A stretch of 20,903 bases of DNA from Candidatus Electronema aureum. Its GTDB lineage: Bacteria; Desulfobacterota; Desulfobulbia; Desulfobulbales; Desulfobulbaceae. Under the pieces are notes generated by a model. It made no database searches. It saw only the letters and a program-made list of their open reading frames with translations, and was not told where the DNA came from. Position numbers and translations under genes: made by a program. Location of the stretch: assembly GCA_004284765.1 (NCBI GenBank), contig NQJD01000042.1, positions 1-20,903 on the forward strand, in the 5' to 3' direction. Below, piece after piece: positions 1 to 5,786 of this stretch. Position 1 is the stretch's first letter, and the number at the start of each line of letters is the position of its first letter.

Positions 1-147
1 AATTTTTTCTTTCATAAGAACGGCGTTTGGCTGGCGGGCATTCGCCCTCTGAAAACTGAGACCAAGTCGGAAGTCAACTTTTTCAATATTATATTGTTTT
101 TAATGGTAAATTCAATGTGTTTTTTAGAGAGCCGTTCGCTTTGCCAC

Positions 148-300
148 TCATGGTTCACCATTACCGCGGCACTGGCGCAACAACAGGCTGCTCACGGCTG
201 AATCGGCAAAGCCCGCGATGTTTCGGGGAATGATCTGGATACGGCAGGAAACAGGTTTGGTGAGCGCGTTGACTGCCGGTCGCCATTGAAGAGTGGCCAT
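148..300 (-). CDS. hypothetical small protein (50 aa), possibly a gene remnant
   Basis: Below the size cut-off of the supplied ORF track; I translated it by hand. ATG at 300 is preceded on the minus strand by AGGAGA (307..312) with a 6-nt spacer. Product: MATLQWRPAVNALTKPVSCRIQIIPRNIAGFADSAVSSLLLRQCRGNGEP, stop TGA at 148..150. No family recognised with confidence. Confidence 0.25.
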   Translation of the reverse strand: MATLQWRPAVNALTKPVSCRIQIIPRNIAGFADSAVSSLLLRQCRGNGEP

Positions 301-410
301 GATGATTCTCCTGTAAAAAAGGCGGGATAAGCGAAGGATGGTGCTGCTGATTTCGGCAAAATACAGCGGTGCGACATGCCTGTCAAGGAAAATATGACGC
401 GTCCGGGCAA

Positions 411-490
411 GGCCGTAGGGGCAAGCCCCCGTGCTTGCCCTTCTTGTTTATGGCGAAGAAAGGGCAGACAAAAGGGGCTTGCCCCTGCGG
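411..490. repeat. GC-rich GTAGGGG-type hairpin repeats (intergenic)
   Basis: GTAGGGGCAAGCCCCCGTGCTTGCCC (415..440) has an 8-bp stem GGGCAAGC/GCTTGCCC. AGGGGCTTGCCCCT (473..486) is a second small hairpin. Same family as 7184..7299. Confidence 0.7.
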
Positions 491-497
491 CGGCAGA

Positions 498-582
498 AAG
501 CACTCCCGTGCGACTGCATATTGCACGAGAGTGCAACAGTGGATACTTCTCTCGTGCAACGGCAGATTGTACGGGAGTGCTT
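498..582. repeat. phased 23-bp tandem repeat array, 4 units (inverted partial copy of the 7354..7507 array)
   Basis: 16-bp cores start at 498, 521, 544 and 567, exactly 23 bp apart: aagcactcccgtgcga, TTGCACGAGAGTGCAA, tacttctctcgtgcaa, ttgtacgggagtgctt. Segment 521..563 closely matches the reverse complement of about 7420..7461. Confidence 0.75.
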
Positions 583-615
583 TCAGAGGAAGAGCGGGAG
601 AGAACAGCCTCGGCC

Positions 616-2448
616 TCAGATCACCCGCACCGCGCCCTTGTCTGCTGAAGCGGCAAACTGGGCATAGACCTTGAGCGCGTTCGGCACCTTGCGTTCACGC
701 TGCGGTTTAAAGGCTGCCGCACCCCGCGCTTCTTCCTCTTTACGGCGTTTGGTCAACTCCTCCGTGCTGATTTGCAGACTGATACTGCGCTCCGGGATGT
801 TGATGTCGATCAAATCACCCTCACGCACCAAGGCAATAGCCCCGCCACTGGCTGCTTCCGGCGAAACATGGCCGATAGACAGGCCAGCAGTACCACCAGA
901 GAAACGCCCGTCCGTGATCAAGGCGCAGAGTTTGCCAAGATGCTTGGACTTCAGGTACGAGGTAGGATACAGCATCTCTTGCATTCCCGGCCCGCCTTTC
1001 GGTCCTTCGTAGAGAATAAAGACCACATCGCCTGCCTTGACCGCCCCACCAAGGATGCCCTCGCAGGCTGCCTCTTGGGAGTGGAAGACCTTGGCCTTGC
1101 CCTGGAAATGCAGAATAGACGGGTCAACGCCTGCGGTCTTGACGATGCAGCCGTTCTCAGCAATGTTGCCGTACAGCACGGCAAGGCCACCGTCCTGCGA
1201 ATAGCAATGGGCAGCGTTGCGGATGCAGCCCTTTTCTCGGTCATTGTCCAAGGTCTCGTAGATGCTGCCCTGCGAAGCCAGCTCCAGATTGCGGCCTGCG
1301 CTTGCCGGTGCGCTGGCGTAGAGGGTATAGGCGGCAGGCGTGGCACTGCGGCGGGTGATATCGTACTGCGCCAGAGCTTGGGCTAATGTCAGGCCATCGG
1401 CCCGCTGCACTGTGGTGTCAAGCAGGCCCATCCGGTCTAATTCGCCCATGATACCCATGATACCACCTGCCCGATTCACATCTTCGAGATGATACGACGA
1501 GGAAGGAGCTACCTTGCAGAGGTTGGGTACTTGGCGAGAGAGCGCGTCAATGTCCTGCAAGGTGAAGTCCACGCCTGCCTCGTGAGCAATGGCGAGAATA
1601 TGCAGAACGGTGTTGGTTGAGCCGCCCATGGCGATGTCTAAGGCCATGGCGTTGCTGAAGGTGGCCTTGGTCGCAATGGAGCGCGGCAGCACCGACGCAT
1701 TGCCGTTGCCGTACCAGGCTTCGCACATCGCAACGATGCGGGCCGCTGCCTGCTCAAAGAGCGAGAGCCGGTTGACATGCGTGGCGACCACGGTGCCGTT
1801 GCCAGGCAGGGCTAGTCCCAGAGCTTCGTTGAGGCAGTTCATCGAGTTGGCTGTGAACATGCCAGAGCACGAACCGCAGGTCGGGCAGGCAGAACGCTCC
1901 ACCTCATCTACTTCCTGATCCGAGACCTCGCTGTCAGCAGCCATGACCATGGCATCAACCAAGTCATAGCCGCGCTCTTGGCCTTTGATTCTGCCTGCCT
2001 CCATTGGCCCGCCGGAGACAAAGATAGCCGGGATATTCAGCCGCATCGCGGCCATCAGCATTCCCGGCGTGATCTTGTCGCAGTTGCTGATGCAGATCAT
2101 AGCGTCAACCTTGTGCGCATTGCACATATACTCGACCGAATCAGCAATCAGCTCGCGCGAGGGCAGCGAGTAGAGCATTCCGTCGTGGCCCATGGCAATG
2201 CCGTCATCAATGGCGATGGTGTTGAACTCAGCCGCAAAGCAGCCTTGCTCCTCAATCATCGCCTTGACCTGCTGACCGATCTCATGCAGATGCACATGGC
2301 CAGGCACGAACTGGGTGAATGAGTTTACCACCGCAATGATTGGCCTGCTCATCTGCGCCTCGGTCATGCCGTTGGCCCGCCAAAGGGCGCGCGCTCCGGC
2401 CATTCTCCGGCCTTGGGTGGTCTCGCTGCTGCGAAGGGGGATGGACAT
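616..2448 (-). CDS. ilvD: dihydroxy-acid dehydratase
   Basis: 610-aa ORF. Near-collinear with E. coli IlvD as I recall it: [93 protein letters not shown] upstream of the ATG at 2448. Confidence 0.97.
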   Translation of the reverse strand: MSIPLRSSETTQGRRMAGARALWRANGMTEAQMSRPIIAVVNSFTQFVPGHVHLHEIGQQVKAMIEEQGCFAAEFNTIAIDDGIAMGHDGMLYSLPSRELIADSVEYMCNAHKVDAMICISNCDKITPGMLMAAMRLNIPAIFVSGGPMEAGRIKGQERGYDLVDAMVMAADSEVSDQEVDEVERSACPTCGSCSGMFTANSMNCLNEALGLALPGNGTVVATHVNRLSLFEQAAARIVAMCEAWYGNGNASVLPRSIATKATFSNAMALDIAMGGSTNTVLHILAIAHEAGVDFTLQDIDALSRQVPNLCKVAPSSSYHLEDVNRAGGIMGIMGELDRMGLLDTTVQRADGLTLAQALAQYDITRRSATPAAYTLYASAPASAGRNLELASQGSIYETLDNDREKGCIRNAAHCYSQDGGLAVLYGNIAENGCIVKTAGVDPSILHFQGKAKVFHSQEAACEGILGGAVKAGDVVFILYEGPKGGPGMQEMLYPTSYLKSKHLGKLCALITDGRFSGGTAGLSIGHVSPEAASGGAIALVREGDLIDINIPERSISLQISTEELTKRRKEEEARGAAAFKPQRERKVPNALKVYAQFAASADKGAVRVI

Positions 2449-2523
2449 AATGTATTCTCCTGAAAGGGGATAAACCGAGGGTTAACTGCACTACATGACT
2501 TCTGAAGCACGGTATGATATGGC

Positions 2524-2552
2524 AACATAGGAAGGCAGGAGGGGCTTGTCAA
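2524..2552 (-). promoter_or_regulatory. candidate sigma70-type promoter for ilvD
   Basis: On the minus strand: TTGACA (2552..2547), 17-nt spacer, TATGTT (2529..2524). It lies about 70-100 nt upstream of the ilvD ATG. Sequence match only. Confidence 0.4.
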
Positions 2553-2935
2553 GGGAAATACCAGACCTGCTGTTCTCGGAGATGATGTGCCTCTGGCCAC
2601 TGTAGGAACTGTACCTTGTATCCGCTCCGCTCAATAGACCTTTTGCATACGCCGCGAATCTTGTATTCGCCCTTCTTGCTCTCATGCTTGAGACTTCTGA
2701 GCAACACTGGTGCCGATACATCTCAAAAGAGGCAAACAGAAGAGGCCGTAGCAGTGATGCACACGGGCTTGTTCGGGTGAACGAGATCAGGCCGTTCTTC
2801 GCTCGAACGAGATGAGCAAGAACAGTGCTGCGGCATACTCTACCGCCTACGTAACGCTACTTCACCTACACTGATCTCAGCGAACACGTTATGCAGGAGG
2901 TCTAATGTGTGGCTTAGGCAAGGGGACGCGCTGCC

Positions 2936-4021
2936 TCAGAACAGCAGATTAAAGAGCCAGCCAGTGCAGAGTATCCCACTACCTACTACGGCGACAAAGA
3001 CGGCAATCAGCTTGGGCTTGAGCACCTTGCGGAGGATCACCATCTCTGGGAGCGAGAGGGCAATCACGCTCATCATGAAGGCCAGGGCGGTGCCCAAGGC
3101 TGCGCCCTGGCCGAGCAAAGCCTCCATCACCGGCACGATGCCAGCAGCATTGGAATACATCGGGATGCCGATCAGCACCGCCACTGGCACTGACCACCAC
3201 TGGTCGCGGCCCATGATCGAGGCCATGAAGTCCTCTGGGACATAGCCATGAATGGCCGCGCCCACGGCAATACCGGCGATCACGTACAGCCAGACCTTGC
3301 CCACTATCTCCCGCACGGCGGTTTTGCCCATGTTGATCCGGTCGGGCCACGTCAGCTTGCGCTCAATCACCAACTCACGCACCGAGCGCATCTCCTGCAC
3401 CCAATCTTCAATCAGGTGTTCAAGGTGGAGGTGGCCAATAACCCAGCCTGAGACAATGGCGATCATCAGGCCAGAGCCAAGATAGATAGCTGCCGCCTGC
3501 CAGCCAACCAAGCCATACAGGAGCACCAAAGCCACCTCGTTGATCATCGGGGCGGAAATAAGGAAGGAGAAGGTCACGCCAAGCGGTACCCCGGCTTGGA
3601 CAAAGCCAATGAAGAGCGGCACTGCCGAGCAGGAGCAGAAGGGCGTGACAATGCCAAGCAGGGCAGCCAGGATATTGCCGATGGTCTCATTTCTGCCGAC
3701 CAAGTACTTGCGGGTGCGCTCCTTGGTGAAGAAGGAGCGGATCATGCCGACAACAAAGACAATCAGGGTCAGCAGCAGCATGACCTTGGGTGTATCATAG
3801 ACAAAGAACTGCACTGCCGCGCCAAGCTGACTGCCTTGTTCCAAGCGGAGGAGCTTATAGGCAAAGAACTGCGAGAAGGGCAGGAGCAAGCTGTAGAGCA
3901 GATACCAGCCCGCCAGACCAGCTATGCCAAGTAGGAGCATCCGGCCTTTGCTCATTGCTGGTTTGTTTGTACCGTTGTCCTTGTTTGGGCAGCCGCAGCC
4001 ACCAAGCTGAATCGGTTCCAT
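2936..4021 (-). CDS. polytopic permease, COG0701 / PF03773 (ArsP/DUF318-like) family
   Basis: 361-aa, highly hydrophobic multi-TM ORF. It has the TPFCSCSAVPLF motif that I associate with this permease family, and a two-half architecture. GAGGGAGA RBS lies just upstream of the ATG at 4021. The N-terminus carries GGCGCP. Substrate unknown. Confidence 0.8.
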   Translation of the reverse strand: MEPIQLGGCGCPNKDNGTNKPAMSKGRMLLLGIAGLAGWYLLYSLLLPFSQFFAYKLLRLEQGSQLGAAVQFFVYDTPKVMLLLTLIVFVVGMIRSFFTKERTRKYLVGRNETIGNILAALLGIVTPFCSCSAVPLFIGFVQAGVPLGVTFSFLISAPMINEVALVLLYGLVGWQAAAIYLGSGLMIAIVSGWVIGHLHLEHLIEDWVQEMRSVRELVIERKLTWPDRINMGKTAVREIVGKVWLYVIAGIAVGAAIHGYVPEDFMASIMGRDQWWSVPVAVLIGIPMYSNAAGIVPVMEALLGQGAALGTALAFMMSVIALSLPEMVILRKVLKPKLIAVFVAVVGSGILCTGWLFNLLF

Positions 4022-4138
4022 AGTCTCCCTCGTTGATGAAGTGAAATAAGCCTAACGATAAGAACCTTGGTCGGGCTAGGCAACTCCTCGCCACGTTATT
4101 CTTTTGAAATCAGGTTGCGCTGCTGCTACAATGCCCGC

Positions 4139-4678
4139 ATGATGACCCCAGAACAGGATGCGGCCTTCATGGGCAAGGCCTTGGTCTATGCTGCCTCGGC
4201 AGCAGCCTTGGAGGAGGTGCCAGTGGGTGCTGTGCTGGTCTGCCCGGACGGTAGGCTATTAGCTGGCGCAGGCAACAACTGCATTCAGGCCCATGATCCC
4301 ACTGGCCATGCGGAGATGCGTGTCCTGCGGATTGCCGCAGAGAAAATCGGCAACTATCGCCTGCCTGGCACTACCTTATATGTTACCTTGGAGCCATGCC
4401 CGATGTGTGCAACCGCTCTGCTCCTTGCCAGAGTAGAGCGGATAGTCTTTGGCGCGACAGACCCTAAAAGCGGGGCTATTCAGTCTGTTTATCGCATCGG
4501 CAGTGATGGTTGCCTGAACCATCGCTTCAGAGTCACAGGTGGGGTGCGGGCTGAGGAATGTGGCAGCATCCTGAAGGAGTTCTTTCGGCAACGGAGAGGA
4601 AAAAGCATCGTGTCACCACTTTTAGCTTGTCAAACGACTGAACTCGGTTTAAATAGATGTGCAGCAGTACCGCCGTGA
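4139..4678 (+). CDS. tadA: tRNA-specific adenosine deaminase
   Basis: CDA-fold zinc motifs HAEMRVL and LEPCPMCATAL. The family-typical N-terminus MMTPEQDAAFMGKAL starts at the ATG at 4139; the track start at 4067 adds an implausible leader. It sits next to a tRNA and ffs, as in other bacteria. Confidence 0.9.
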   Translation: MMTPEQDAAFMGKALVYAASAAALEEVPVGAVLVCPDGRLLAGAGNNCIQAHDPTGHAEMRVLRIAAEKIGNYRLPGTTLYVTLEPCPMCATALLLARVERIVFGATDPKSGAIQSVYRIGSDGCLNHRFRVTGGVRAEECGSILKEFFRQRRGKSIVSPLLACQTTELGLNRCAAVPP

Positions 4679-4741
4679 AGTGACAAGGCGGCTGCGGAAG
4701 GTGAGAGCAGCTTAGTCCCGACTGTTGCTTTTCACAGCTCA

Positions 4742-4827
4742 GGAGAGGTGACCGAGTGGCTTAAGGTGCACGCCTGGAACGCGTGTGTACGCAAGTACCG
4801 TGAGTTCGAATCTCACCCTCTCCGCCA
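4742..4827 (+). tRNA. tRNA-Ser (anticodon GGA), encoded CCA
   Basis: Folded by hand. Acceptor GGAGAGG/CCTCTCC. Anticodon stem CACGC/GCGTG with loop CTGGAAC (GGA). Long variable arm GTAC-gcaa-GTAC. T-arm GTGAG-TTCGAAT-CTCAC. Discriminator G plus CCA. Confidence 0.93.
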
Positions 4828-4850
4828 ATATGATAAGCGACCCCAAGTTT

Positions 4851-4952
4851 GACAGCCGGGTCCTGCACAATAAAGAATCGTGAACCCCGTCAGATCCGGA
4901 AGGAAGCAGCGGCAGCGAGACTCTTTATGTGTTGCAGGAGTGCCCGGCTGTC
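4851..4952 (+). ncRNA. ffs: signal recognition particle RNA (small/4.5S type)
   Basis: Contains the conserved domain IV sequence GTCAGATCCGGAAGGAAGCAGCGGCAG (compare E. coli GGUCAGGUCCGGAAGGAAGCAGCC). The ends pair as a long helix (GACAGCCGGGTCCTGCA.. with ..TGCAGGAGTGCCCGGCTGTC; ATAAAGA/TCTTTAT). A T7 run follows at 4953..4959. Confidence 0.88.
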
Positions 4953-5057
4953 TTTTTTTATGCTCGCTTGCCGCCCCGCAAGAAAGATTGTTATCCTGCC
5001 ATTCCAAGTCAAATATGCCTTATATAGCCAGAGCAACATAATTTGAACCGTCGTATC

Positions 5058-5130
5058 TGTCATTTCGAGCGGAGCGAGAAATCTCACGCCAAGGACGAAG
5101 AGGAGATTCCTCGCTCCGCTCGGAATGACA
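5058..5130. repeat. large imperfect inverted repeat (28-bp arms, 17-nt loop)
   Basis: TGTCATTTCGAGCGGAGCGAGAAATCTC (5058..5085) pairs with GAGATTCCTCGCTCCGCTCGGAATGACA (5103..5130), with 2 mismatches. It resembles the widely dispersed ...cattccgagcg.agcgaggaatc... hairpin class. Confidence 0.8.
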
Positions 5131-5294
5131 TTCAAGTTCACTTTATGCTGCTTCAGCTATAGTCAATTCAGGCTATTGATTTTTAATCGCAGGAGCAGCC
5201 AGCATCTTCCTTTTCCCTTGCAGTCTGCGCTGCCCGCGCGGTATGCTTTGCCGGGCATTTCCTTTCATACTTCCCAGCAGATAAGGAGCACAGC

Positions 5295-5732
5295 ATGGAC
5301 CCTGTTACAATGGCGGCTATCATCAACAGCAGCGTCAACGGCATCGCGTGCGGAGCAGCAGGCGGTTTGACTGCTGCCACAGTCCCGGCAGCAGTCAAAG
5401 CGGCGACCGATGCGTGGAACAGCTTCAAAGCCCTGTTGCAGCGCAAGTTCGGCCAAGACAGCGCGTTGCTGAAGTCAGTGCAGGAACTGGAGCAGAACCC
5501 AGACTCCAAAGCCCGCAAGGATCTAGTTGCGGAGGAGGTGGCGAAGAGCAAGGCGCATCAGGATGAAGAGCTGTTGGCCGCTGCTGGCAAGCTGCTGGAG
5601 CTGCTCAAGGAAAGCGCAGGCGGAGGGCAGACTCGCGCCAAGTATCAGGTTGATGCGCAGGGAGCGCAGGTTGGTGTGATTGGTGACAATGCCAACGTGA
5701 AGGACGGCATTCATTTCGGCAGACGAGAATAA
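5295..5732 (+). CDS. small Gly/Ala-rich N-terminal plus helical protein with a C-terminal NLR-matching motif (candidate Bell/HeLo-like effector)
   Basis: 145 aa. AAGGAG RBS at 5283..5288, 6 nt before the ATG. N-terminus MDPVTMAAIINSSVNGIACGAAGGLTAATVPAAV is rich in small residues (glycine-zipper-like). Residues ~35-110 look amphipathic helical. A G-rich linker follows. The C-terminal AQVGVIGDNANVKDGIHFG matches the N-terminus of the next gene. Confidence 0.8.
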   Translation: MDPVTMAAIINSSVNGIACGAAGGLTAATVPAAVKAATDAWNSFKALLQRKFGQDSALLKSVQELEQNPDSKARKDLVAEEVAKSKAHQDEELLAAAGKLLELLKESAGGGQTRAKYQVDAQGAQVGVIGDNANVKDGIHFGRRE

Positions 5733-5741
5733 CCGAACATG

Positions 5742-5769
5742 GTAGGGTTACGGCATGCCGTAACCCTAC
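5742..5769. repeat. perfect 28-bp palindrome in the effector-NLR intergenic gap
   Basis: GTAGGGTTACGGCATGCCGTAACCCTAC equals its own reverse complement (12-bp stem, 4-nt loop as RNA). No T-run follows it. It lies between the stop at 5730..5732 and the ATG at 5787. Same GTAGGG...CCCTAC style as the hairpins at 7184..7299. Confidence 0.9.
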
Positions 5770-5786
5770 GACGTGGTGATTTACAG

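Noticed and set aside
192-674. Overlapping ORFs 192..536(-), 369..674(+), 376..648(+) and 431..667(+)
   Set aside because: They are translations of the GTAGGGG hairpins and the 23-bp array (for example ..GASPRACP.., ..HESATVDTSLVQR..). The same pseudo-peptides reappear from the repeat block at 7121..7565, so the similarity is DNA repeat, not a protein family.
2491-2721. 76-aa ORF upstream of ilvD (also 2364..2600 and 2282..2491)
   Set aside because: It spans the predicted ilvD promoter and 5' UTR, has no RBS, and its composition does not look protein-like.
4067-4138. Longer tadA start at 4067
   Set aside because: It adds 24 residues (MVGLGNSSPRYSFEIRLRCCYNAR) unlike any TadA N-terminus. The conserved region begins right after the ATG at 4139.
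4828-5294. tRNA-Ser or ffs as an integrase-mediated island attachment site
   Set aside because: There is no integrase or recombinase gene in the insertion. I could not find a direct repeat of the tRNA or ffs 3' end near 7100..8090 by eye. A computational repeat search is still advisable.
5739-5786. Upstream start (track start 5739) for the NLR gene
   Set aside because: The extra 16 codons (MVGLRHAVTLRRGDLQ) are the translation of the 28-bp palindrome. The ATG at 5787 places the shared motif at the extreme N-terminus, as expected for this architecture.
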